Shown here: positions 1 to 12,108 of the stretch, piece by piece
Layout of the letters: every line of letters starts with the position of its first letter
Numbering within the stretch: position 1 is the stretch's first letter
From: Adineta vaga
Lineage: Eukaryota; Animalia; Rotifera
Length of the DNA stretch: 64,000 nucleotides
Assembly (NCBI GenBank): GCA_021613535.1
Contig: CP075492.1
Span: 6,324,001-6,388,000, forward strand
Direction of reading: 5' to 3'
The notes under the pieces: model-generated
Databases searched by the model: none
The model's input: only the letters and a program-made list of their open reading frames with translations
Told to the model about the DNA's origin: nothing
Translations under genes and position numbers: made by a program

Positions 1-39
1 TTCTATTCATTCTTATGACATTTTTATTTATTAATCTAG

Positions 40-160
40 TGTTCATATACAAAATAATCCAGATAGCATATATCAACCTGTTAATGAAGAACGTTTACGT
101 TCATCAATTGAACAATCAAAAGCAATGGAATATGTTGGACTTGAGATAAACTTTTTTTAA
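40..160 (+). CDS. Probable terminal exon of a gene starting upstream of the window (unknown product)
   Basis: AT-rich intron-like sequence ends in tctag at 39, followed by an open frame VHIQNNPDSIYQPVNEERLRSSIEQSKAMEYVGLEINFF* with TAA at 158-160. Confidence 0.4.
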
Positions 161-237
161 TGTTATTTAATATGAATAAGAGAAAAAAGAAGAGAAAGTT
201 CTGTTCATTTATGAATTCACTAATCGATAGAGATTTG

Positions 238-1179
238 TTAAGTTGCTATACGTAATGGTACAACTCGAAAACCTTCACCTAATAGTTTAATAACAGCAGC
301 TAGTGCAACACAACTAACAACAGCTAATGAAGCAGCAATAATTGTAATAAAACCTTGTTGTTGAATACGTTGAAGTTTTTCTTTAGCGATAACAGCATAA
401 CATCCATCCATATTATAGCGACTTGTTGGATTTGACGCATTACCATATACATCAAGACAAAGATTATTTTGATTTGAACGATATTTTTCATTACAACAAC
501 TTATTGGTAGAAGAGGAATTGTTCCTGATTGTGATGGATTTTTTTGAGAATTTGTTATTTTGCCTTTCGTATTTCCTCCACTTGATGATGATGACGACGA
601 CGAAGAAGGCGACGCATAGAATGAAGGATGTCGACTACGATAATCTTCAATTGGATCACTAAGACCACAACATTGATGTTGTTTTTCTAATCGTGCCATT
701 TTAAGTGTATTATCAACATTAATATGATTACCAGCTACAATATTGTATTGTGTTTGATCTAATTCTTTTACCAATGTATTATTAATCGACCTTGGTAATT
801 GTCCACTTGAAAGAGTTACAAATGACCAAATAGTGAATAGGATTAAACTCAATGAACAAAATATTAATAAACCGGCGGCTATCAATGTAAACATTCGATT
901 CATATTGATTAATCCAATATTTAAACTAATAAAAGCTAAGATTGAAAGAAAACCAAAAGCAAGTAAAAATGCTGATGTTATATGCAATGGATGATGACCA
1001 ATATCAACGAAATATCGAAGATGACCAAGAGCCAAACCAGCATGTAAAAATAAAGTGACACTAACTAGAATAGAACCTGCCATTGCTACCCATAATGCTA
1101 TATGAAATAAAGTTCTTCTAGCTACTGCAGTTGCTTCAGTATTTGGAACACTAGTAACTGTTACTGGATGAGAGATCAT
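238..1179 (-). CDS. Tetraspanin family protein, single exon
   Basis: Four hydrophobic segments. Large extracellular loop with CCG (HQCCGL), PxSCC (LPISCC) and GC just before TM4. First ATG is at 1179; the ORF track begins at a non-ATG codon. Confidence 0.88.
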   Translation of the reverse strand: MISHPVTVTSVPNTEATAVARRTLFHIALWVAMAGSILVSVTLFLHAGLALGHLRYFVDIGHHPLHITSAFLLAFGFLSILAFISLNIGLINMNRMFTLIAAGLLIFCSLSLILFTIWSFVTLSSGQLPRSINNTLVKELDQTQYNIVAGNHINVDNTLKMARLEKQHQCCGLSDPIEDYRSRHPSFYASPSSSSSSSSSGGNTKGKITNSQKNPSQSGTIPLLPISCCNEKYRSNQNNLCLDVYGNASNPTSRYNMDGCYAVIAKEKLQRIQQQGFITIIAASLAVVSCVALAAVIKLLGEGFRVVPLRIAT

Positions 1180-1825
1180 TGAAATGTGTAATATACAGAT
1201 AGAATTCAAAGAATGATTTTTTAAAGAAAAGAGAGTATCGATACTTTGTTTCTTTTTTGTTCAAATAAATAAGATTGATCGAACGAATTGTTCGTTTCTA
1301 ATGAGTAACAGAGTCTATTCAGCTCAAATTACAAGTAAATGAGAGGTGATGATACAGCGTACGAAAGAACAAATGATAGTGAAATAGAGTAATAGTAACA
1401 GAAAAAGTACAGATTACAATTACGTGAAATTCACAGTTTGTATATCAACGTCGTTAATCAATTAAATAATATGAACATCAAGATGTGTATCTTATAGGCA
1501 CGTTCATTAAATCATGTATCGATGTACTTGTACATGTGTTCTTTTGTTTTCTCTTACTCTCTCACGTATGTTATGTCTTATCGACGAGCATAAGAATTGA
1601 TGAAAGTACCGTTCATAGATACAAAAACTTTTTCAAAATATCAACAATGAAAATTGTGTCAATTTCGATGTAAATATAAAATAACCGTAATAACTTAATT
1701 TTATAAAGTCAACATCATCAATGTTTTGCTTACATTTCATTTTAATGGTTGCTATTATTACAAAAAAAGAATGATATTTATTTTCGAAATCTAATCATTC
1801 TTGTTTGATTTCGATTTTGTGATAG

Positions 1826-4315
1826 ATGATGATCAGTAGAGTTCTCTATTTATATGTACTTTTACCAATTAGTATCGTTCAGAATTCTCATTTTCGTGGC
1901 GGTACAATTACATGGTTAGTTCTTGTGACAAACTTTAATTGATTATTTTTGTAACTATTGACCATTCTGTAGGCGTCCATTGAATAATACTCCATCGGGT
2001 GGAACAGTTTCTCTAATCATCCGTCAACGATATTCATGGCGGCGAGGTGTTGCACCATGCGATGATTCCATCATCGCTGCTAGAGGTAGTATTGGCGATG
2101 TGGCGCCTATTTATTGTGCGTCTGGTAACTGCGGCCTTTGGATTAATAACATGTATACAGACACATATTGTACTGATTTTAATGTTGATCTTGATGTTAG
2201 CTCCGGTGAAAAATACGAGATACGAACCTATCCATTGAATATTAGTTTTAGTATTATATATCAATCATGTTGCTGGTTTGCAGCTCTTACGACTGGTGCT
2301 AATGGTGGGTGGAATGTTGTTAATCATATTAATACTATTGTTCGACCTGATGGCTATGTCAATACAAGTCCAGTTGCTGTTACCATTCCAATTATTTATA
2401 AAGAAATAAATATTCAACATGTCCATGTTGTGCAAATGTCTGATTTTGATAGCGATGATATATTAAAATGTCGATGGTCAAGTGGAGGAACATCGACGAT
2501 CAATGGATTTGATGAATGTTTTGATGTATGTTTAGGACTTAGTAGTGCTTCTCTTATTAATGAGAATTGTACACTGGTATTCACACTAACAGTAGCTTCA
2601 TTCTATTCAGCAGTAGCATTACAAATTGAAGATTTTTATAATAGTGCAGCAACGGTACCAATGAGTTCCGTACCGTTACAATTTTTATTCTATGGTTATG
2701 CTAATCCTGGTGGTTGTAGTACACCATCGGCAATTATCGGAAATCGACCTAATCGAGGTAAATAAATACATTTGTTAATTCTACAATACTTATCACCTGT
2801 TGTTCTGTTAGCTTGTATTGGTACACCGATTGGTTCAAATGTTACTGAATATGTTATTGTACAAGTTTATTGTCCGGGAAAGGCTATTGTCGATTTTGTT
2901 AGTAGTTCACCAGTTGGAATGACTAAATCAGCAATTTTAAATCCGAGTCCTGGTTTGTATATTGAACAGTGCAAATGTTTCTTTTCTACATATCTTTATT
3001 CAATAGGTGTTTATCATCTTATTCTTAGTTGGATTCCAACACATGATCAATATGGTCCACAAGGTTTTTGTGCGGGAGCAATTGATAATACACAAATTCA
3101 ATCTAACCAATGGTGTATTACATTCTTAGTTGGATTCGATTCACCTGATGTTATTCGACCAAAAATTATTCAAGGTTCAGCTTCACCACTTGGCACAATC
3201 TTTCAAAATCATTCTATTTTCTCCATTCAAAGTAACATTCAAAAATATTGCATACCAGCAATTCATTCGATATGTATTCTTTTAGCTACAAAATCAGTCA
3301 GTCGTCCAAATCGTAATGATACTTTCATTTATTTCACAGATTCCACTACTAATACACTTGTTCAAAAATTTGATTGTGGTTGGTCACCAGAAGTGACGTA
3401 TACAGGTTATACTACGGTCATTTATTTTTCGAATCCACCATGGATTCCTGGTCATTTCTATTATGTTACTTTTGACAGTGGTTTGTTTCTTTCAAACTTG
3501 TCGAAATCATAGAGATAATACATAGTTCAATTTAGGTGTTGCTAGTGGGACTGATTTTTGTCGTAAGAATTCTAAATGAAATTGAATATGAAATACATAG
3601 TTACTAATTGTAGATCCTGAATCTGCTCCAATCACAGATGAAACATTTTGGGTATTTAATATATGGGATCCAGCGGTTTCTTCAACAACAACAACGACAA
3701 CTACTGCTCCAACAACAGGAACAATAACAACACGGCCATTGTCAACTTCGTCTATTAATACTCTAGTAAATTTATAAGACTATTATTTTGTTATATTATG
3801 TATTTATCTTAGTTAACAACAACTGGTATCGTTATAACAAGTTCACTTCCACCGACGACTACGACATCAACATCTAGCACTACAAGTTCAACAACATCGG
3901 GTAAGAGAAGATAATCGGATTCCTATTCATTGAAATAAAATCTAACATAAGATTATTCTAATTACTTCATATCTATTTTCATTCTAGCAACAAGAACAAC
4001 AGCAACAACAAGAACAACTCCCAGCACTCCATCAACTGTTGCAGTTATATATTCTAACGATCTGGTAAGTATGAAATTAGACTATATAGTCGAGATATGT
4101 GAAATATATACTTTTTGTATGCATATGTATAATAGGAAGATGCTTGTAAACAACCGATACTTATTTTAACAGTGGCTGGTATAGCTCTAATGGCTCCCAT
4201 AAAGATTCTCGTTATGTATACTGTTTTTACTAAATTTTCCAATATCTTCGATCCAAGAAAGAAGCAAGTACAATTGCGTCATAAAAATCGACTGAGAAAT
4301 TTGAATCGTAAATAA
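1826..4315 (+). CDS. Multi-exon type I membrane protein, resembling the Sib/'integrin beta-like' adhesion family, with a Thr-rich stalk
   Basis: Signal peptide MMISRVLYLYVLLPISIVQNS, then HFRGGTITW spliced to RPLNNTP. Motifs SCCW, VNTSPV and DFDSDDILKCRWS. Beta-rich Ig-like modules, poly-Thr exons at about 3680-4040, TM segment PILILTVAGIALMAPIKILVMYTVF and a basic tail ending TAA at 4315. Confidence 0.7.
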
Positions 4316-4656
4316 AAGATCTGCTTTTTTCCTTTGAATGTGTGACATTTTCTTTCGCTCTCTTCTTTTTATTATCAATTGTATTTTCTTCAAGCTTTTA
4401 AAGTATAAATAAAGACAAGAATTGTGTGAATAATATCTAAAAAGTTACTTTCGATCAATAGAGGTCGCTGATAAACACAAAATGAACAAAAAGTGATTCC
4501 ATGATTATTTTACGTAAAGAATAATACATGGATCTCCCTAGAAACAAACATATATGCAATAGATCAGATCAGCAACAATTCAACAAATACAATTTCTTTA
4601 GAACGATATTATTCTAATTATTCTTATTCGTTGGAAATTTTAGATTTACTCATCAA

Positions 4657-5174
4657 ATGTTTCGTGTAATTACTTCATCAAACCGAGCTCTTGCTCAACG
4701 TATTGCTCGTCCGACATTGCAATTTGTTCGGTAATAATACAACGAAGATTTGTTTCCGTCTTTTTTTTCATTATTTCATATTCTAGTGCTGAATCACGAA
4801 CGGATGCAGAATCTGGTTCTGTTGCGTATGTTATTTAATAAGAATTGATTTTCGACTTTATTTATATTCGTTGGTTTTTTCAAAACCACTTTTTAGGTCA
4901 GGTAATGATGCATTCAGCAAAAAAGAACATGCCGAAGAAGCACGTTGGGCTCGTCGTCATGTAAGTCGAGAATAAAATGTCTGATCATTTGAAGAATATG
5001 TCTATTTTTTAATGAATGTAGGATGCTGAACAAATAGCTAAATATCGAACTGAACATCCTGCAGGTGGACAAGCTGGTCGTCAGGGTTCACCACAACAAC
5101 GTCTTGCTGATCTTGAAGCTGAAAAACGAAGAATTGAACAAGAAATTGCCGAACTCAAACGTCAAAAGAATTAA
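4657..5174 (+). CDS. ATP5IF1: Mitochondrial ATP synthase inhibitor (IF1) family protein, 4 exons (4657-4730, 4787-4825, 4897-4960, 5022-5174), 109 aa
   Basis: Not in the ORF track; spliced by eye. Arg-rich presequence MFRVITSSNRALAQRIARPTLQFVR, inhibitory motif DAFSKKEHAEEARWARRHDAEQIAK, C-terminal coiled coil LADLEAEKRRIEQEIAELKRQKN. Confidence 0.8.
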
Positions 5175-5338
5175 ATTTCTTTCTTTTCTTTTTCGCAAAA
5201 CTTTCTTCCTTCCATTTAACTTTTCCCTTATATAGTCAGTTCAGCTAAAGTTATTCTACTTGTCTTTCTCCCTTTTTTGGATCATTTCTAGTCTTAATGA
5301 TAGGAATTGAACTTGATTTGTTATGTTATGATTTGTAG

Positions 5339-5725
5339 ATGCAACCTATACCATCTTCATCAAATGCTGCATCTGATTGTTATCTTCAACTACGTCGAGG
5401 TAAACAAACTGTTTTCATGGATGTACCGGAAACCTTAGCTGTCGGTGATTTAAAACGATTTCTTGCTCATATACTTAAATTAAATCCTGAAATTATACGT
5501 TTGTCTGGTCGAGGACAAGTACTAGAAAGTGACACAAAATTGCTACGTGAATATGGTATTACGACGAAGGAAGCTCGTCCACAAGCACCGTGTCAACTTG
5601 AATTTGTGCTTCAATTAGAAGATGGAACATTTGAAACTGAAGAAATTGTTCCATATACGTCAGAAAACAGTTCAAGATCTGATGAACAACAACAACAGAT
5701 GGGAACGATGACGGATTCTAAATAA
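5339..5725 (+). CDS. ELOB: Elongin B (ubiquitin-like)
   Basis: YLQLRRGKQTVFMD..ET..V.DLKR....IL and ARPQAP match the Elongin B pattern FLMIRRHKTTIFTD..ES..V.ELKR...ARPQAP. Confidence 0.85.
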   Translation: MQPIPSSSNAASDCYLQLRRGKQTVFMDVPETLAVGDLKRFLAHILKLNPEIIRLSGRGQVLESDTKLLREYGITTKEARPQAPCQLEFVLQLEDGTFETEEIVPYTSENSSRSDEQQQQMGTMTDSK

Positions 5726-5817
5726 ATAATTTTTATTTCGATGAATCTTTTCTTTTTCTTTTTTCTTTTCATGAATAAAACAAACAAATGATTTATTTTT
5801 CAATGTAACAATATCTA

Positions 5818-6744
5818 TCATATTATTGACTTGATACAAACATACAGTTTTTTCACATAATCATAAGTAATTTTCTTCACTTCTTTACTTAAATAAAATA
5901 ATTTAATCATCATCATTGCTGTACATATTGAAATTGAATTAATAGTCAATAAATACAATGATGGAAATGGAGTTCCAATATTCATCATATGCCATAGAAC
6001 AAGAATTAAATAAGGCATCCCACCGCCTAAAAGAATACTGAATAAAATCGACGTATTTCGAATAAGTTTCATTTCGCGACGATAATTTGGTTTTGGATTG
6101 ATTCCAGTCAAATATTTTGTAATTGTCGCTATTTGTTCAGGTTGAATTCGTCGTGCTGATTGCCGAGAAAGACAAATAATCTTACTATAAATAACTACAA
6201 CAATATGAAATGGAATAACAAATGCAGTAATAATTCCATATAATGCTGATAAACTTTTCTTTGTTGAACATGTACATAATCGAGATTCTTGTTCATAGAT
6301 ATAACCATTATCATCAATAAAGTATACACCTATTGGAAGAATTAGACCTAACAACCAATTGATAACAATCATGAGTTGATGAGAACGATACGTAAGAAGA
6401 TATTTATGTTTATAGAAAACAACAGCAAAAAGACGATTAATAGCATGAACTGAATGTGAATATAAGAGAAGTGTACATGAAACAACAAAACCGTATGCAC
6501 GAAATTTACATGCAACTTGTTGTGTTGCCCAATATTCTTCCAGACCATAAATAGACGAAATGAAATTGAATATAAGATACAAAGCAACATTGACACTTGT
6601 ATTACATGTTAACAGATTCGTAATATGATGGCCTTTGCATTTGAATAATATAATTAAGATTGTTGGAAGACCAAAGATTAAACCAATAATTGAAGCGACA
6701 ATTGAAATAGAGAAATTGATTTTAAAAAATAAATCAGTTAGCAT
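5818..6744 (-). CDS. Rhodopsin-like (class A) orphan GPCR, intronless
   Basis: 308 aa with seven hydrophobic segments, TM3 Cys (ACKFRAY), AINRL in place of DRY, TM5 P..Y and TM6 GGMPY. Confidence 0.85.
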   Translation of the reverse strand: MLTDLFFKINFSISIVASIIGLIFGLPTILIILFKCKGHHITNLLTCNTSVNVALYLIFNFISSIYGLEEYWATQQVACKFRAYGFVVSCTLLLYSHSVHAINRLFAVVFYKHKYLLTYRSHQLMIVINWLLGLILPIGVYFIDDNGYIYEQESRLCTCSTKKSLSALYGIITAFVIPFHIVVVIYSKIICLSRQSARRIQPEQIATITKYLTGINPKPNYRREMKLIRNTSILFSILLGGGMPYLILVLWHMMNIGTPFPSLYLLTINSISICTAMMMIKLFYLSKEVKKITYDYVKKLYVCIKSII

Positions 6745-7079
6745 GTTTTGTCTTTGAAGAGAATTCTGTAATTGAAGAAAACTTTCCCATCTTTATTTAA
6801 CTTCCGGACTAAAATGTCATTTTACGAAGAGTATTCATCATTGTTCAAAATTTGTCGCATAAAGAGAATACTTTCTAATGAACAAATATAAAAATGATAA
6901 AAAAAAATTAATTACCATTTTCCGACTGTATTATCTATTGAGTAAACTTAAGTGTTTTCAAGACAACAACTATGTATGCCAATAGAATACTTTTCTTTCT
7001 TTCTTTTCTAAGATTGTTATTTATAATTTTATTTGTTTACTTTTATTATCAAAGAAAAAACTTATAGAATATGACAAAA

Positions 7080-10000
7080 CTATAAAAATGTATCGAGTGC
7101 ATGACGTAGATTTTGTTCTCGTGATGTAATCCATTCTAGATTCATTTGAACTTGATCTATGGATTGTTTACGTGCAGATGCAGCTGCACCAGCATTCGGA
7201 TAATTTGTAAATAATTCATTCATCTGAAAGAGAAGATTATATTAACGAATGAGAATAAAAATAATTCTTTTACTTCTCGAAGATATGATTGTTTTTCAAA
7301 GGAACGTGCAAATGAAAGAATAGATCGACCGAATCGATAATCTTCACTAGTAAAACTAAATATTAAAGAAAATATTTTAGCTAATTTTCTTCGTATTAAA
7401 TTTCGACTTACAGATGTATTAATTTTTGATAATTAGCTTTATAAAAAGTCCAAGCAACGTCTCTTCCCACAGAATGATCTGTCATGAAATCCATCATACG
7501 AAAAAAATCTTGTCGTTTAATTGAATTAAACAATCCCGATGATCCTTCGTCTAATAATCTACAAAAGAAAATTGTCGAAAACAAATTCTATTCAACGAAA
7601 ATGATTTATCTACCGATTTAAACGATCTCTGTTTCTCGTTCCAGAAAGAGCCAAAAGAGCACGTGTTTGTTCTTGTGGTGAAATTGCCATTCGATAATAA
7701 TTATACATTATATTCCAATCGGCTTCATTATCATTCGTTTTCATATGATATACATAAACGGTTGTTAAGTAATCAGAATTTACACTAAAACAAAACAAAC
7801 AATTGAATTGTATCAATGATTTCGCATTGTTGATAATTTTACTTGATCATAGCATTGGAATTATTAAAATATTCAATAGGAATTGTTTTGAATAATTCAC
7901 TCGCCTTTTGTAAAGCATCAGTATGGTTCATTCGACAAAGTAATTCGAATTTTAAACTTTTTACTAATCTATTTTCGTAAACAATGACATTTTGAAATAG
8001 ATGAATAGTTTATTTCAACTTACTTTGTATTATCATTATCAGTGGGATTGTATGTAAGAATATTATCAAGAGTTTCACCATTTGATAGAATTTGTCGAAT
8101 AGCAAAAGACTAAGGAAAAAGAGAGAAATGTGTTTTGAAGTGAATGAAGATTGAACAAACTTGAAATTGTGGTAATGTATCAGCTAAATTACCAACTAAA
8201 TCAGCTAATTTAATCCAATGCCATTCGAATGTTTTCCAATGAACGTATTGTTTAGTATTTATTTTTATTAATGAACGTACAATTCGTAATGGTTCGGTAT
8301 AATCAATTAAACCTTTGTAAGCTAAGAGAAAAGTGTCCTGTAGAAGATTTGTTTTATCTTCATCGGAAAAGAACTAAAAAAAATAATCTTATTTATTGAT
8401 TCATTTATCGTATTTGTTTAATTTAACTTACAGTTGGATCTGCTTCTAATACATTTACAAAACGTTGATAAGTATTCGATGGAAATGAATATTGAGTTAG
8501 ATGATAATTAACAAAATGTCGATTACATTTTATCCATGAATAAGATTTGCCTGATATAGTTTCAGTTGCTTGTTCGGTTTCGAGTAGAAAATCAAGTGTA
8601 GTTCCACCCACATTCGTTGTATCGGAACTCGGATAATTACCACCTAAGAAAACAAAATATTTTCTCTACGTAAGAAAAAGATAGTTTTCTTTTACCTAAT
8701 ATACATTGTATCTTAATTTTCCAGCGATAGTTTGAATTTAATTGTGAAATATCCAATGCATTCGAGATAATGAAACGTGATTGAGTAAATGTTACTTTTG
8801 TATCACCATTTTCGATTAATAACGTTACGTTTACTAATGGAAAATTCTTTTCTTCTAACCAAGTTTTTATGAATGCTTCACCATTGATATTAGTAAATAG
8901 ATTATTATAGAAATAACTTGGATCACCAACACTAAATGCATTCAATTTCAAATATTCTTGTAGCCCATTTCGAAATCTTTCTGTTCCAGCCAATAATTCT
9001 AACATACGTAATATACTTGCACCTTTGGAATAAGTTATTGAATCAAATAAACTTGTTATTTCACCAGGATCAGTCAGATTTTGAACAACAATAGGATGAG
9101 AAGATGGTTTTGCATCATCCCACATGGATGGAATGAGATCTTCTACGAAAATTTCCAGTTCCTTCAAAATCAAATGAAAAATAGAGATGATTTGTAAGAG
9201 TAATAGATGAAATTTACCATGTTCCAATCTGGATAGTTTTCTGCAAATGGTTTATAAGAAAGCCAAGTTGCCATCGCTTCATTTAACCATAAATCAGTCC
9301 ACCATCGACATGTAACATAATTTCCGAACCCTAAACATCTTTCGGATCGTTTTTTGATGAATTAAATAGAAAAAAAAAAAACGCACAGAAATGAGCAAGT
9401 TCATGACTAATTGTCTCTCCTAATTCATGTTTGTCTGCTGTCGAAACAACTTTTTCATCGTAAATTAATCGATCTTCACGAAATGTTACTAAACCCCAAT
9501 TCTCCATAGCACCAGATCCAAATTCTGGTATTGCCAATAAATCTATCGAAAACAAATGACTGAGAAAAACATCCTGTTATTTCGAAAACAAATCTTTCTA
9601 CCAATTTTCGGCGTTATCGGTTCTGATGTATTGAAATAATTTGCAAAGAACGGAACAGATTTAGTTGCAACATCTAGAGCCAATGCCGTATGATTTCTTT
9701 CTGTGACTTCACGACGAGCCCAAACAGTCATCTAATAACACAACAATCATTCATCTATATTCAATGATTAAAATGCAAACCCATGGTTCATCTTCATTAT
9801 CATTTCGACTACCGTAGGTATCCGGAAGAACAGCCCATGCTGCAAGATATGTACTCATTGGAAATGTTTCTAGAAATTTTGTTCGACGTAAACCATTGTC
9901 TAATGTTTCTTCAATCTATTTGAAAGAGAAAGATTTTTCTTGAGAATTTAAATTCAATTGAACATACACTCGGAAAATTTGCTAATGCAATTGTATTCTC

Positions 10001-10849
10001 AGGATGAATGATAGTGATAGTAAATTGTGCTTTTAAATGTGGTTCATCAAAACAAGGAAAGGCTTGTCGAGCATCTGTCGGTTCGAATTGTGTTGATAAT
10101 AGTTTTCTAAAAGAAATCGTATTAAACTAATCAGATCATATGATGTTTACAAACTGCATTGTATTAGTTCCATCGTTAAATATTGTTTGATAAACTCCGA
10201 CATCTTTTGATGTTAAACTAATAGCAAAATTCTGTATTAATCGATAACGATTTCTTGGAAAAGATGAATTACTTGAAAGTCGCAAACTAATATAATCATT
10301 TGGTAAATATTTTCTCATAGTAATAAATTGATAAATTTCATCTTCAAAAAGTGCTGGTTCTTCTAATTCAATCATTCGTTTTGAATGATAAATCAATTGT
10401 TTAGTAGGTTGTTTCAATGTAAATTCAATTGTTACACGACCTTTCATCGTTGTTTGTTTTGTATCATTATACATATATTCAAGTTGATAACTATGAACAA
10501 TGAGATCACTTAATAAACGTGGATGACATTCATCTTCAATACAAATTGATGAATTTTGTGATGATGATGTCGTCGTTGTTGTTGTTGTTGTTGTTGTTGG
10601 TCTTAATGTAGTTGTACTTGTTGAATTAGAATCAGTTGGCACTGCAATAACAGTTATTTGTTGTGTTCGTCGAGGAAGAAGACCGGCAAGTAGACCAACA
10701 GTAATTAGAGACGCACAATAAAAGATTCCTGCCGCAATTAACCATGATCGTGGAATATTTCTTAAAGTTTTAAAACGCTTAGTTGCTGTTCCACTCGTTG
10801 GACTTGAATCACTCAAAGTAAATGTCGTTGCTTTTTTATTACTTGCCAT
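7080..10849 (-). CDS. M1 family membrane aminopeptidase (aminopeptidase N/A-like), multi-exon
   Basis: N-terminal TM anchor and Thr/Ser stalk. [26 protein letters not shown], zinc motif HELAHFWFGN...WLNE split by an intron, [15 protein letters not shown]1_C-like tail. Ends LDTFL* at 7080. Confidence 0.93.
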
Positions 10850-12108
10850 CTATTTTACACAATTTATAAATACTTCTAAATAGTAAAGAAGTAGACACTT
10901 TAGAGAAACAAAAGAAACAGTAAAACGAATGTGAAAAGGTCTCTTTCATTAGATTATTGCAATGCTTTTGTTTTGTTTGCATTTGGTACTGATAAGAGAG
11001 CTGAATGTTAATACTACTGATATCAATTTATCATTTTGTTTTTATATGTCACATTTTGTTTTAAGAATAACAATCTTTTTAATTGAGCGAGCTATTATAT
11101 GGGAAAAGGTTAAGGACAATTATCATCATCTGAAAAGAGTTAAAACTAACTATTGAAAGATTTGAATTAACTAAAAAACTTTAAACCAATTAAATCATAT
11201 GATGGATGTCGTATTCAATCGATATTTGTTGTTCTATGAAAGATCAGTCACGTATATCTTTCCATACATTTTGACAAACATGCACATACGAAGAAGAACA
11301 TACGAAAAATCTTTTTCGGACACTAATATTACTACAAGAAGTAAGTTATCTCTTACATAGATGAATACTGATTTAAATTAGCATTCGATCTATCATTTCT
11401 TTCTTTCTTTTTTTTTGAAAAAATATTCAAAATGGTCGTTCAAATCGATTTTGACAAGAATACATCATTTATTCAACAAATAAGTCATCATTTTTGTTTT
11501 TTCAAAGAGTTTTTCTTAATTTAAAATCTATATGGCAAAACTATAGACGAAATATATGTTTTCTTTTAACATTCCTTTCGTACATGTATCACTGTATATA
11601 CAATGTACTTTCATTCAATATATGAACTTTCCCGTTTAAGTCCTCACTGACTTGTCGATAGTAATAGTACATTCTTTCATTTGTTTCGAACATTATGCGT
11701 GTAGTGTCGGAATAGATTTGTTCTCAGAGATATAAATTATTTGAAGTATCTTTTACATTATTCTGTCATAGTTTAATAATAAATATTAACTTATGTTATC
11801 GATTGACACAAATGATATGTAGTTATCTGGTTTGTATTGATTAAAATCGAATGATTTAATAGTCATATCTTGATTTATTTTAAAAGAGAGAGAAATGTTT
11901 CTTTGTTCACAGAGATATAATCGTTTACTTGAAATGACTAACATCATAGTTGGTGATTTTAAACTGAAAACATACGGTATAACGTTCTTTTTTTTCTCGT
12001 GTCCTCCCCCTCCTTTCGTTTCATACACGTTTATTTTGTCTTGAAAATGAAATATATTCTTATTCTATACAAGAGATATCTATTCAACGTATTTGATTAT
12101 TTTTTTTC

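Noticed and set aside
11199-11346. 47-codon ATG ORF ending at a gtaagt donor
   Set aside because: No recognisable product and no convincing downstream coding exon.
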